This document shows, piece after piece, positions 32,641 through 42,691 of a DNA stretch of 64,000 nucleotides; within the stretch, counting starts at the first letter, position 1, and the number at the start of each line of letters is the position of its first letter. A model generated the notes under the pieces. It made no database searches and was not told where the DNA came from. It was given only the letters and a program-made list of their open reading frames with translations. The position numbers and the translations under genes are program-made. Location of the stretch: positions 1,184,001-1,248,000 of the forward strand of contig OZ244742.1 in the NCBI GenBank assembly GCA_965219415.1. The letters are read 5' to 3'. This DNA comes from Candidatus Marinacidobacterales bacterium. GTDB taxonomy: Bacteria; Acidobacteriota; Vicinamibacteria; Marinacidobacterales; DATDRI01.

Positions 32641-33954
32641 CTATGGCGATGAATGCCCCGTCTCCGACATGCGAATCCGCTCGAGACTTGCGATCGCCCG
32701 ATTCACCCAATCCGCCACCCGCGGGTCGGGATCGGTGAGAAGTGGTCTTAGGTAAGGGATGGCGTCTGGATCGCCGACTTCTTCTAACGCCAACGCCATG
32801 CCTCTTCTGACATCGGCAACGGGATCGGATAAGTAGGGAACGAGCTCCGTCAAGAAGGGGCTTCCGAGCTCCACCAAATAGCCGACCGATTGCTCGCGCA
32901 GAAACTGATCCGCGAGGGACAAAGCGATCCGATCGATGAACTCCGGTCTACCCACTAGTACCAAGGCAAAACAGTAAGCGGACTGGACTGATGGCTCCGG
33001 CTCCCGCAGGAAATCCTTCGTCAGACTGCCGGCTAGATTCTCATTGCGAAGTCTGCCCATGCCCTCCACCGCCCAACGCCTTCGCAACGGATCGGAGCTC
33101 GTCATGTTCTGGAGAAAGACTGCGCGTGCCTCGGGTGCCCCCATCCGGGCCAACGCGGTGAGGGCGCGGTCGCCCATTTCCCGTCCCTGCTCCGCCTCGT
33201 AAATAGAGAGGAGCGGTGGCGCCGCCGGCTTGTACCCGATTTCGCCTAGCGCGTCGATGGCCTCGCCCTGCATCTTTCGCGAGGGCTCCATGAGTACAGT
33301 CACTAGTTGCGAGCCCGCCTCGTGGGTGCCGATGTGGGTCAGGGCCCTCAACGCCTCCAGGCGCACATCCTTCGAGGGATCCGCCAGAGCCATCCCTAAA
33401 TTGTCTACAGCTTCATCGATGCTCAGGAGACCGATTGCCCACGCCGCTTGCCGACGAATCGAAGACTCCTCGTCGCTAAGCCTCGCTTCCAGACCGAGCA
33501 CCACCCTCTCTTCCACGGGGATAACCGGCTCCGCGGGCGGACGCGGTGCCCGCTCACCAAAGGCCCCGAGAAAGCGCTCCATGGGGCGCCGGTCGTCGGG
33601 ATCCACGAAGACCTCGACGACGCCGAGGAGCGACTCCGTACGAACGCTCTTGTCCTCGTCGCGCAGCCCCAGCAAGAGACCGTCGAGCGTCATGGGGTTT
33701 CGATAGACGCGGAGCGACTTCGCCACTTCCCTGCGGACCTTCACTTCGGGGTCGCGCATCGCGTCGTTGAGTGGAGCGATCGCCTCCGGCCGGGCGGAAC
33801 GGCCGAGGGCCTTAGCCCCCTTCGCCCGCGTGCCAGTGTTGGGGCTCCGAAGGTTCGCGAGCTCGTCCTGGAAGCCGCCCTGGAGGGCGAGGGACTCGCT
33901 CGCTCCCACCGCGACGAAAACCATGAGGAGTAAAACCCGAAAAAGACGCGTCAT
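32641..33954 (-). CDS. Exported HEAT-repeat protein
   Basis: Signal peptide; repeated DxxxxVRxxAxxAL units. Confidence 0.85.
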   Translation of the reverse strand: MTRLFRVLLLMVFVAVGASESLALQGGFQDELANLRSPNTGTRAKGAKALGRSARPEAIAPLNDAMRDPEVKVRREVAKSLRVYRNPMTLDGLLLGLRDEDKSVRTESLLGVVEVFVDPDDRRPMERFLGAFGERAPRPPAEPVIPVEERVVLGLEARLSDEESSIRRQAAWAIGLLSIDEAVDNLGMALADPSKDVRLEALRALTHIGTHEAGSQLVTVLMEPSRKMQGEAIDALGEIGYKPAAPPLLSIYEAEQGREMGDRALTALARMGAPEARAVFLQNMTSSDPLRRRWAVEGMGRLRNENLAGSLTKDFLREPEPSVQSAYCFALVLVGRPEFIDRIALSLADQFLREQSVGYLVELGSPFLTELVPYLSDPVADVRRGMALALEEVGDPDAIPYLRPLLTDPDPRVADWVNRAIASLERIRMSETGHSSP

Positions 33955-34116
33955 CGCTCTAGTCTCCCTGGGGAAATTCAGCTTATTTTCAAGGAAATCA
34001 CAACGGGTGGTATGTTATCAGATCGGCCACCCCAGGATCTAGTGGTTTCGAACAAACAGGGACACGATGAAGAATGACGCGACGTGATGGGGATGGTAAG
34101 GAGGTGAGCTACTCGT

Positions 34117-35778
34117 CTATTCGGGGGAGCCGCCCTCGTCCTGAGCCGTTCCTCGAGCGACGTAGCCCTTCGGGTCTCGGAGGAGCTCGGCGGCATCGGG
34201 CAATGCCTCGATGGCTCTGCGGACCTGAGGGTCCTTCTTGACGTAGAGACGCTGGGCCACTTCCAGTCCCCAAATGGAAGAGAAGATCTCGCCTTCGATC
34301 GCGAGCCCTAAACGATCGCTGTGCTCCTCAAGCTCCTCCCTGGAGAACGGAATCTCTTCTTCCTCAAGGAACTTGAAGAAATCCTCGAGCAGCTCATCGT
34401 CCACCTCGAAGCCCTTGTCGATGAGACGGATATCCTCGGGGCGCTTCGTTCGGATTTCTTCAGGCTGCACGCCGGCCCCCTGGAGATCCGGGGTCCGGCC
34501 GTCCTTGGACGCGAAGTACGCCGAATAGGCCGAGATGGCCCGGTGACTCGCGAGAGCCAAGATGGGCTTGGGAGCCTGAGGGTAAGCAGCGTGGATGTCA
34601 GGGGCGATACCGCCGCCACTAAAGACTTCGCGTCCGGCATCGGTGTGCTTTAGCTCGCCCTTAGGTGGAGGCGGCTCTTGCCGACGTGCCGAAGAATAGT
34701 AGTCATCGAAGGAACCGGAGTAGTCGCGTTGAATACTGCGCCCACTGGGAGTGAAGTATTTGGCGGTGGTCAAGGCCAGGCCGTTGCCTTCGCTGATCCG
34801 GTAGATCGACTGTACCAAGCCCTTGCCAAATGTGTTCTCTCCGACGATGAGTCCTCGATCGTGATCTTGAATCGCTCCCGCAACGATCTCGGACGCCGAC
34901 GCGCTTCCCCGCGAGACCAGTACCACAACCGGCAAATCGTCATGGGGGCTCGGTCGGTTGGCAACATAGTCCTGGTCGGAACCGGGGGTGCGACCCCGCG
35001 TGTAGACGATGAGCGAGCCCTTCTTCAAAAACTTGTTGGACACAGAGACGGCTTGGTCGAGCAAACCGCCGGGATTGTCTCTGAGGTCCAAGACCAGCCC
35101 AGTGAGCTCTTGCTGCTTGAGGCGCTGCAGGCTCTCCTCGAGCTCCGAGTCCGTGGTCTCGGTGAAATCAGCGATGCGGAGGTAGCCGACTCCGTCGTCC
35201 AAGTTGAACGAGTAAGGGACGCTCCGAAGTCGGATCTCGTCCCGCACGATGGTGAAATCGAGAGGTCGGTCGTAGCCGGCGCGGGTGATGGAGATCGTCA
35301 CCTTGCTGCCTTTCGGCCCCCGGAGACGCTTGACCGCTTCGTCGAGCGCCATGCCGCGGGTCTCCTCACCCTCGATCTTAGAGATGATATCTTCGGCGCG
35401 GATACCGAGCCGGTACGCGGGAGTGCCTTCGAAAGGCGATACGACGGTTAGACTCCCGTCGATCATCTGAACCGAAATGCCAAGGCCGTGGTAGCTACCC
35501 TTTTGTCGCTCTTGAAGGCTAATGTAGTCACGTCGTTCTAGGAAGTTCGAGTGGGGATCCAGAGTCCGCAGCATGCCGCGGATGGAAGCGTGAACGAGCC
35601 GTGAAGCCTCTACCTCGGTGACGTATTCTTTCTCCACGATACGCAGTACGTCGGTGTACCGTCTCAGGTACTCTTGGTAGCGGTTGAAGCTATCCTGGGC
35701 TTGCTCTCCGAAGAGCCCACCCACGAGGGCGCCCGACACCACCAGGGTGAATATCATCGCCAGAGCGGGCCTTTTCAT
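34117..35778 (-). CDS. ctpA: S41 carboxyl-terminal processing protease
   Basis: LDPHS, GLGI PDZ, DLRDNPGGLL, SASASEI, TFGKGLVQ. Confidence 0.93.
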   Translation of the reverse strand: MKRPALAMIFTLVVSGALVGGLFGEQAQDSFNRYQEYLRRYTDVLRIVEKEYVTEVEASRLVHASIRGMLRTLDPHSNFLERRDYISLQERQKGSYHGLGISVQMIDGSLTVVSPFEGTPAYRLGIRAEDIISKIEGEETRGMALDEAVKRLRGPKGSKVTISITRAGYDRPLDFTIVRDEIRLRSVPYSFNLDDGVGYLRIADFTETTDSELEESLQRLKQQELTGLVLDLRDNPGGLLDQAVSVSNKFLKKGSLIVYTRGRTPGSDQDYVANRPSPHDDLPVVVLVSRGSASASEIVAGAIQDHDRGLIVGENTFGKGLVQSIYRISEGNGLALTTAKYFTPSGRSIQRDYSGSFDDYYSSARRQEPPPPKGELKHTDAGREVFSGGGIAPDIHAAYPQAPKPILALASHRAISAYSAYFASKDGRTPDLQGAGVQPEEIRTKRPEDIRLIDKGFEVDDELLEDFFKFLEEEEIPFSREELEEHSDRLGLAIEGEIFSSIWGLEVAQRLYVKKDPQVRRAIEALPDAAELLRDPKGYVARGTAQDEGGSPE

Positions 35779-36140
35779 TGTGTCACTTCTCTCTTACGAG
35801 GGCGCCACAGATCTCGCAACCGGATCAAGATCCGTGCCGACGGTCTTGTGGGTTCAAACCATCGTAGCAAAGGGACCCAGTCAAGTAAAGGCAAATACAG
35901 ACAGAAAAGGGGTTGTGGGGCTTGGTTTTTCGTCGGCCCACGATTTATAATGGCTCCCTGGCCCAATCAGGGGGCCACCCAAATTAGGCGGTTGCCGCGG
36001 TTGCTAATGACCCGACCTAGTCAGGGGGCGGTATTGGCACTCCCCCATTTTGGGGGGCGTCACTGCCGGTTTGTGGCAACGCCATGTTCAGGGTAGCCCC
36101 CTCTGCGCGGTGCCTCACCGGAGGGCTTTAGGAGAACAGC

Positions 36141-36425
36141 ATGTTCGGTCCGATCGGGATGCCCGAGCTCATCGTCATTTTCGTCATCGCCCTCATCGTG
36201 TTTGGCCCTCGCAAACTACCCGATCTCGGAAAGTCTCTCGGCAAGAGCCTCGCGGAGTTCAAGCGTGCCAGCAACGACCTCCGCAGTACGCTCGAAGAAG
36301 AGATCCGGATCGAGGAAACGACGCCGAAAACCGCCAAGCCAACTGCCGCGACGGCCAAGAAGGACGATTCCCCACGTTCCAACGAGGGGCCTTCGGAAGC
36401 TCCCAAGCCGGAGCAGCCGGATTAG
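36141..36425 (+). CDS. tatA: Twin-arginine translocase TatA/TatB subunit
   Basis: IGMPELIVI...FGPRKLPDLGKSLGK..AEFK. Confidence 0.9.
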   Translation: MFGPIGMPELIVIFVIALIVFGPRKLPDLGKSLGKSLAEFKRASNDLRSTLEEEIRIEETTPKTAKPTAATAKKDDSPRSNEGPSEAPKPEQPD

Positions 36426-36476
36426 ATTCGGCCCAGCTAAGACTCAGTAACAAACCACGATAGGCAATAACTACCA

Positions 36477-37253
36477 ATGTCGGAGCCCCGGTCTTCGCCC
36501 GCCAAAATGACCTTCCTCGAGCACCTCGACGAGCTACGCCGGCGTATCCTTATCTCGCTCCTTGCGGTCGTCGTCGCGTTCGCCCTGTGCTTCACGTTTG
36601 CACAGCAGATATTCGACTTCCTAATGGGCCCCCTGCGCTCGGCCCTTCCCCCGGGCGGAAAGCTCATTGCTACCGCTGTACCCGAGATCTTTCTCCTCTA
36701 CCTGAAAATGTCCTTCTTCGCGGGGATCTTCCTCGCCTCGCCGGTGATTTTGAGCCAGGTGTGGTTATTCGTGGCTCCGGGCCTCTATCGTAACGAGAAG
36801 CGGTACGCGGTGCCTTTCATCTTCCTGGGCACGGGTTTCTTCCTGGGAGGAGCGTCCTTCGGACATTTTGTCGTCTTCCCCTTCGCCACCCAATTCCTCA
36901 CCACGTTCGGCGAAGGCATCGAACCCCTTCTCACGGTCTCGCGGGTGTTCTCCTTCTACAGCAGTTTCATCCTGGGGATGGCGGTGAGCTTCCAGATACC
37001 GACCGTAGTGTTTGTCTTGGCGAGGATGGGCCTGGTGACGCCGGGGTTCCTTTGGGCCAAATTCAAGTACGCCGTACTGCTCATTTTCGTGACCGCCGCC
37101 ATCATTACTCCCACTCCGGACGTGCCGACCCAATGCCTGCTAGCCTTGCCGATGATCGGGCTCTACATACTATCTATAGGTATTGCTTGGCTTTGTGGGC
37201 GAGAGAGAGAAAATCCAGAGGAGTCCGCAACGGATCTAACCCGGCCCGATTGA
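36477..37253 (+). CDS. tatC: Twin-arginine translocase TatC
   Basis: EHLDELRRR, FVAPGLYRNEK, FQIP, IITPTPD. Confidence 0.95.
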   Translation: MSEPRSSPAKMTFLEHLDELRRRILISLLAVVVAFALCFTFAQQIFDFLMGPLRSALPPGGKLIATAVPEIFLLYLKMSFFAGIFLASPVILSQVWLFVAPGLYRNEKRYAVPFIFLGTGFFLGGASFGHFVVFPFATQFLTTFGEGIEPLLTVSRVFSFYSSFILGMAVSFQIPTVVFVLARMGLVTPGFLWAKFKYAVLLIFVTAAIITPTPDVPTQCLLALPMIGLYILSIGIAWLCGRERENPEESATDLTRPD

Positions 37254-37475
37254 CGCCCCGTTTGCGCGCCAATCGGCGTTTCCCTGTACCTCATTGACTC
37301 CCGCGACCGTTTGACTGTATATTTGCTCGGTTATTTGCTATGGCGTGCCCTCGTCAAAAATGGGTTTTCCGAGGGTGCTCCGCTGGCATTCAGTCCACGA
37401 GCGACACGAAACTAGTAGGGGGGCAGCGCCGAGCCACCCGACACCACCGGACGCAGACAAAAGGAGGTACCGCTG

Positions 37476-39089
37476 ATGAACCGCTCAGAGCGCACGCTAG
37501 CCATCGCCGTGGCGTTTCTCATCGGGACAGTGAGCTTGGCACCTGGCCAAGACGCAGATCAAGATGACGACAAGCAACAAGAAGGCGGGTATTATGAAAC
37601 CGTTCCCGCCCAGGCAACCCGTTGGGGTGATACCGGTTTTTTTGACGTCTTTTCCGCCTACACGCTACTCAAAGGCAAGGTTTCGGTAGCCGGCTTTCGC
37701 GACAATATCGATCGCAGCCCTTTTAGCTTGGATGTTTCGAATCTCGCCGGGACCGTCGCCTTTGGTGCCACCGACAAGCTCGAGATCTTCGGGCGCCTCG
37801 AGGTTCAAAAGCGGATACGCGCCGAAACCATCGGCGATGCATTAATCGCTGTCTTCCCACCCCCGCACTACAACGACGAGCCGCGAGTGGACGACAGGTG
37901 GTCCTCGGGCTTCGGGGATGTCTGGTTCGGTGGCAAGTACAACATCATGTCCGAGTACGACGACGCTAGCGTCGGTCTCGGCGTTCGCGGATTCGTCAAG
38001 ATCGCCAGCGCCGACAGCGATGCAGGGCTTGGGACGGGTAAGGCTTCGGGAGGCGCTCACGTCGTACTCTCCAAGAACCTCGGCGAGATGGTCGCGTCGT
38101 CCTATTACGCGGGCTTTCAGTTGAACGGCTCACCGCCGGACGGCGAGATCTTCGACATTGGAAACGCTTTTCAGTGGGGCGTCGGTATCAGCCTCCCCCG
38201 CGACAGCGCGATTCGTGGCACGGTCGAACTGACCGGTCAGTCGTTCACCGGCACCGACTTCGACCAAACCGATCCGGTCGACCTCCTGCTTGGCGTGACG
38301 TTCAAGGCCGCAGAGGGCATGTTCGTGACCGCTGGGTGGCGCACCAACCTCAACCTCGGCATCTCTGGTGAGACCGCTTCCGGATTCAACGTTGCGATCG
38401 GCTATCACCCTGGAACCCGGGGCCAATTCATTGCACCTCCGCCGCCGCCCGACAACAGGCCTCCGACGGTTCAAGTCACGGCCAATCCGCCCGAGGTCGA
38501 AGAAGGAAACGATTCGACCGTCACCGCGGACGGCGACGACCCGGATGGAGATCCGTTGACGTACAGCTGGCGCGCGCCAGATGGTCGCATCACTGGCAGT
38601 GGCCCACGGGTCACCTGGACCGCCCCCACCGGTACCGAGGGCAGCTTCCCGGTCACGGCAACGGTGGATGACGGCCGTGGTGGAACCGCCTCCGACACCG
38701 TGAACATCCGCGTGCATCGTAAGGTCGTGAAAGCGATCGAGTTCGAGGACGTACACTTCCTCTTCGACCAACACGATCTGACCGACGAGGCGAGAAAGAT
38801 TCTCGATCAGGTCGCCGCGCAGCTGAAGGACAACCCGAACCTCAAGATCGAGGTCGAAGGACACTGCTGCAGTATCGCGACCGAGGAGTACAACCTATCG
38901 CTGGGTGCTCGGAGAGCCGATACGGTGAAGACCTACCTAATGCGTGCCGGAATCAGCGAATCGCGACTCAGCACCATCAGTTACGGCGAGTCCCGGCCCG
39001 CCTATGACAACTCGCGCGAGGTGACTCGCCGGCTGAATCGGCGCGCCCACTTGCGAGTGTTGATCACCGCGCCGAACGACGACGAATAG
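37476..39089 (+). CDS. OmpA-family outer membrane protein (barrel, Pro linker, Ig/PKD-like domain, OmpA-C)
   Basis: Signal peptide, PPPPP linker, DPDGDPLTYSW, YNLSLGARRA, SYGE, NRRA. Confidence 0.9.
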   Translation: MNRSERTLAIAVAFLIGTVSLAPGQDADQDDDKQQEGGYYETVPAQATRWGDTGFFDVFSAYTLLKGKVSVAGFRDNIDRSPFSLDVSNLAGTVAFGATDKLEIFGRLEVQKRIRAETIGDALIAVFPPPHYNDEPRVDDRWSSGFGDVWFGGKYNIMSEYDDASVGLGVRGFVKIASADSDAGLGTGKASGGAHVVLSKNLGEMVASSYYAGFQLNGSPPDGEIFDIGNAFQWGVGISLPRDSAIRGTVELTGQSFTGTDFDQTDPVDLLLGVTFKAAEGMFVTAGWRTNLNLGISGETASGFNVAIGYHPGTRGQFIAPPPPPDNRPPTVQVTANPPEVEEGNDSTVTADGDDPDGDPLTYSWRAPDGRITGSGPRVTWTAPTGTEGSFPVTATVDDGRGGTASDTVNIRVHRKVVKAIEFEDVHFLFDQHDLTDEARKILDQVAAQLKDNPNLKIEVEGHCCSIATEEYNLSLGARRADTVKTYLMRAGISESRLSTISYGESRPAYDNSREVTRRLNRRAHLRVLITAPNDDE

Positions 39090-39105
39090 TAAGTCGTAGA
39101 AACCG

Positions 39106-39143
39106 AAAAGCCCGGGTTGGCCGATGGCCGCCCGGGCTTTTTT
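39106..39143 (+). terminator. Rho-independent terminator
   Basis: AAAAGCCCGGG...CCCGGGC followed by TTTTTT after the ompA-like stop. Confidence 0.9.
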
Positions 39144-39152
39144 GTGCCCTCG

Positions 39153-39213
39153 AGTAATCAGTCATCAGTCCCCGTCAAATGTACCGACCACTGCTTACTG
39201 ATGACTGATTACT
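39153..39213. repeat. 17-bp perfect inverted repeat built from heptamer units
   Basis: AGTAATCAGTCATCAGT (39153-39169) and ACTGATGACTGATTACT (39197-39213). Confidence 0.8.
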
Positions 39214-39215
39214 AG

Positions 39216-39698
39216 TCAGGGGATCTCGAACTGCAACGTATCCCCGAGTTGAAGTTTCTCGTCTTTTGAGAAATTCGCAACGAGCTCGACAACGTACTTC
39301 GCCTTACGCATCGGCCCATAGCTCGGGCACGGATCTTCCTTACATGGAGGTACCACTCTCTCGACGTGTACGATCTTCTTTTCGGGGGATAACCAGATGA
39401 TATCGATAGGGAATCGGCAGTTCTTCATCCAGAAGGCATGGAAATCCGACTGCGGAAACACAAAGAGCATCCCCCGATCGGGGTCCAAGCTGTCTCGAAA
39501 CATCAACCCGCGCGCTCGCTGCTCCGCGGTGACGGCTAGCTCCGCCTGAACCTGACGACCGGCGGGAAAGCCGAGCGCGGTCTCCTCGAGCTTTTCTTGA
39601 GCAAGCAATCCGTGAAGACTCAGCAGGCTGGTCACCAATGCGACTGTCCCGAGACTGCCAAGACTGCCAAGACTGCCAAAACTGAACGACACGTTCAT
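39216..39698 (-). CDS. DUF192 family protein
   Basis: RARGLMFR, GMLFVF, FWMKN..FPIDIIW; 9-bp tandem repeat encoding (GSL)3 near the N-terminus. Confidence 0.9.
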   Translation of the reverse strand: MNVSFSFGSLGSLGSLGTVALVTSLLSLHGLLAQEKLEETALGFPAGRQVQAELAVTAEQRARGLMFRDSLDPDRGMLFVFPQSDFHAFWMKNCRFPIDIIWLSPEKKIVHVERVVPPCKEDPCPSYGPMRKAKYVVELVANFSKDEKLQLGDTLQFEIP

Positions 39699-39708
39699 GT
39701 CTACCACT

Positions 39709-40467
39709 CTATGTCGAATCACCGACCAATGGAACGAAACGTACCGAGGCAATCCGCTCGACTCGAACGCCATCGGCCTCCTTGGTATGCACTTCGAGCT
39801 CCTGGCTCGAGATACCGACCGGGATGACGAGCCGCCCCCCTTCGCCGAGCTGTTCGATGAGCTTGGGCGGCACTCGAGGGGGCGCGGCCGTTACGAGAAT
39901 ACCATCATAGGGGGCGTGTTCTACCCAACCGCGATTGCCGTCGCCGACGCGGATACGAACATTGCGGTAACCGAGCTCGGTCACAATCGCCCCCGCCCGG
40001 TCGGCTAGATTGGGCAGGAATTCTATCGAATACACCTCCTCCGCAAGCTCTGCCAGGATCGCAGTCTGATAGCCAGAGCCAGTGCCCACTTCTAAAACGG
40101 TCTCTCCTCCCTCGAGCCGCAATGCCTCGGTCATTAGAGCAACGATGTACGGCTGGGAGATGGTCTGGCCTTGGCCGACCGGAAGAGGGTGATCGCCATA
40201 GGCGGTGGAACGTTGCGATTCGTTGACGAAACGATGGCGCTCGACCTTGCGCACGGCGGCCAAGACGCGAGGGTCTCGAACGCCTCGGCGAACCACCTGG
40301 TGCAGAACCATGCGTTCCCGCTCGGCCTCGAAGCTCGGGTCCTCGGGCGGGCCCCCGTTCCCTTTGAATAGCGCTAGACCCAGACCGAACGCCCCGTAGG
40401 CCCAGCCCGACAGCAGCGCTAATAGGCCTTGGCAAAATAGACGCGACGCGCTCCCTCCTTGTTGCAC
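39709..40467 (-). CDS. pcm: Protein-L-isoaspartate O-methyltransferase (start uncertain)
   Basis: GQTISQPYIV, LEVGTGSGYQ, APYDGI, VRFVPL. Confidence 0.93.
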   Translation of the reverse strand: MQQGGSASRLFCQGLLALLSGWAYGAFGLGLALFKGNGGPPEDPSFEAERERMVLHQVVRRGVRDPRVLAAVRKVERHRFVNESQRSTAYGDHPLPVGQGQTISQPYIVALMTEALRLEGGETVLEVGTGSGYQTAILAELAEEVYSIEFLPNLADRAGAIVTELGYRNVRIRVGDGNRGWVEHAPYDGILVTAAPPRVPPKLIEQLGEGGRLVIPVGISSQELEVHTKEADGVRVERIASVRFVPLVGDST

Positions 40468-41873
40468 ACCGTGCAGTTTGCATCCGGGCTACTGTCGACC
40501 GGAATCGCTCGAATGGTTGCGGTAGTGTCCGCTTTGACCTGGTCCTCACACTCGGTGCTTCCGCACCACGGCGCAATAATGAAACCGCGGCGATCGTTCA
40601 TAACGTTCTTGAACTCCTCATAGTCAGATACTTCCGTCGTGTGATCGACCAAAAACTCTTTGGCCTTATTGAAGAGATCTCTTTGGATCTGTTCGAGAAG
40701 AGTCGGCACCTCTTCAGTGATGGAGCTCCACAAAATGGGGGCCTTGGTTCGATTGTCGCGGCGAGCGGAGAACACCTGAGATTTTTTGATGTCCTTCGGT
40801 CCGATCTCCAACCGGAGCGGTACGCCTCGCATCTCCCACTCCGCGTACTTCCAGCCCGGTGTGTACTCCTCACGATCGTCGAGCTTCACACGGACGCCCG
40901 CGGCGGAAAGCTTATCGGTGATCTCACGTGCTTGAGGCAAAATCGTCTCTTTCCAGTCGCCCACCGGGATCGGAATCACCACCGCCTGAATCGGAGCCAC
41001 CCGCGGCGGCAAAATGAGGCCGGAGTCGTCGCCATGCACCATGATCAACGCGCCAATCAAGCGTGTGGTCACGCCCCACGAGGTCTGGTGTGGATGTTTG
41101 AGCTTTTGATCCTTGTCCTCGAACTGAATGCCGAAGGCACGAGCGAAGTGCTGTCCGAGATTGTGTGAGGTGCCAGCTTGGAGGGCACGGCCGTCGGACA
41201 TCAAGGCCTCCAACGTATAGGTACGGAGCGCCCCTGCGAATTTCTCCTGCTCGGACTTCACACCGGTGATCACCGGAATGGCGAGCTCGTTTTCCACGAG
41301 ATCGGTGTAGATCCCGAGCGCCAAGAGTGTCTCCTCTTCCGCTTCTTCGGCCGTGGCGTGGACGGTGTGCCCTTCTTGCCACAAAAACTCCACGGTGCGC
41401 AGGAAAGGGCGAGTTACCTTTTCCCACCTCACGACGTTAGCCCATTGATTGATGAGAATGGGCAGGTCTCTCCAAGAGTGCACCCACTTGGCGTACATGC
41501 TCCCAATGATGGCCTCCGACGTGGGTCGAACCGCGAGCGGCTCCTCGAGCTCTTCTTCTCCCCCGTGGGTAACCCAGGCCACTTGCGGGGCAAAACCTTC
41601 CACATGCTCGGCTTCCTTCTCCAGCAGGCTCTTTGGGATGAAGAGCGGAAAATACGCGTTCTGGTGGCCGCTCTCCTTGAGGCGCCGATCCAAAGCGTCG
41701 CGGGTGAGCTCCCAAACAGCGTAGCCGTAAGGTGGGATCACGATGCAACCTCTCACCATTGAGTAGTCGGCCATCTCGGCCTTACGGATGACATCCAGGT
41801 ACCAACGAGAAAAGTCCTCCGATTTGGGTGTGATCTCTTTGACGAAAACTTGCTTGTCGGGTTTGTCGGGCAT
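40419..41873 (-). CDS. proS: Proline--tRNA ligase, archaeal/eukaryote-like type
   Basis: RPTSE, FLRTVEFLWQEGH, QAGTSHNLGQ, C-terminal FAKAY. Confidence 0.96.
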   Translation of the reverse strand: MPDKPDKQVFVKEITPKSEDFSRWYLDVIRKAEMADYSMVRGCIVIPPYGYAVWELTRDALDRRLKESGHQNAYFPLFIPKSLLEKEAEHVEGFAPQVAWVTHGGEEELEEPLAVRPTSEAIIGSMYAKWVHSWRDLPILINQWANVVRWEKVTRPFLRTVEFLWQEGHTVHATAEEAEEETLLALGIYTDLVENELAIPVITGVKSEQEKFAGALRTYTLEALMSDGRALQAGTSHNLGQHFARAFGIQFEDKDQKLKHPHQTSWGVTTRLIGALIMVHGDDSGLILPPRVAPIQAVVIPIPVGDWKETILPQAREITDKLSAAGVRVKLDDREEYTPGWKYAEWEMRGVPLRLEIGPKDIKKSQVFSARRDNRTKAPILWSSITEEVPTLLEQIQRDLFNKAKEFLVDHTTEVSDYEEFKNVMNDRRGFIIAPWCGSTECEDQVKADTTATIRAIPVDSSPDANCTVCNKEGARRVYFAKAY

Positions 41874-42088
41874 GCTTCCATCTTTCTCTGACTATCTCCA
41901 GTACTCGGATTCGAATTTGCGCCGCTCGCCGGAAAGTGTAGCACAACTGGAAGATCGGAACGTTAGAACTGAGATCGAGGGAGGTTTTGTTTCACGGATC
42001 TCGTCTAGAGCTGTGAGGGGTGAGTCCGCTGCCCCGGGGCGATCCCGGGACGCTCGGGCTTGCCCGGCTCTCAACGAAGGAGGTTCTA

Positions 42089-42610
42089 ATGAAGATGGTG
42101 TTCCTCATTTTGTTGCTCTGCCTGATACCCGTACTTTTGATGGCCTACGACCTCAATGAGGTCGCGAGAAAGGAAAGGGCGCGGCGACAGGAATTGGCTA
42201 TTTCGCGACGCGATGTGCAGATCCGGACCTTCAAGGATTCCGAACTCGAGGTCTACCATCGACTGCGAGGCGACTCCAAAAAGTCACCCCCGGAGTCAAG
42301 ATGGAAACGATCCAATCGACGCCCGCTAGCGCCGTCCCGGGATCTCGTCAAGGAACGGGCCCATTGGCAAAATGAAAAAACCAAACACGAACGGGAGCGG
42401 GCTCGCCTGAACGCCAGCATACGGCGGCTCGAGTGGCGCTTGGCGGAGCGCAAGGCGAAGAAGCGGCCGGGGGAGCGTCTCCGGAAGGACCCCACCGAGG
42501 AGGTACTCGAGGATTCGCTTCTGTCACTCCGCGAACAGCGAACGCGGTTCATCGACTCGTTTCACGAGAGGGCCCGCAAGGCGGGCGCGCTTCCCGGCTG
42601 GCTGAGATAG
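42089..42610 (+). CDS. Exported basic coiled-coil hypothetical protein ending GALPGWLR
   Basis: GGAGG RBS, signal peptide; resembles 53499-54035. Confidence 0.75.
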   Translation: MKMVFLILLLCLIPVLLMAYDLNEVARKERARRQELAISRRDVQIRTFKDSELEVYHRLRGDSKKSPPESRWKRSNRRPLAPSRDLVKERAHWQNEKTKHERERARLNASIRRLEWRLAERKAKKRPGERLRKDPTEEVLEDSLLSLREQRTRFIDSFHERARKAGALPGWLR

Positions 42611-42691
42611 TCATCGGGTGTCTCCGCCATCACGCTGGCGCCGGTGCGTGCACTGGTCAGGGGGAGTCCGTTCCAGTATGATTTTTCTGCA

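Noticed and set aside
35790-36130. Structured ncRNA between ctpA and tatA
   Set aside because: Only short G/C-run hairpins; no recognisable family; explained as a divergent promoter region
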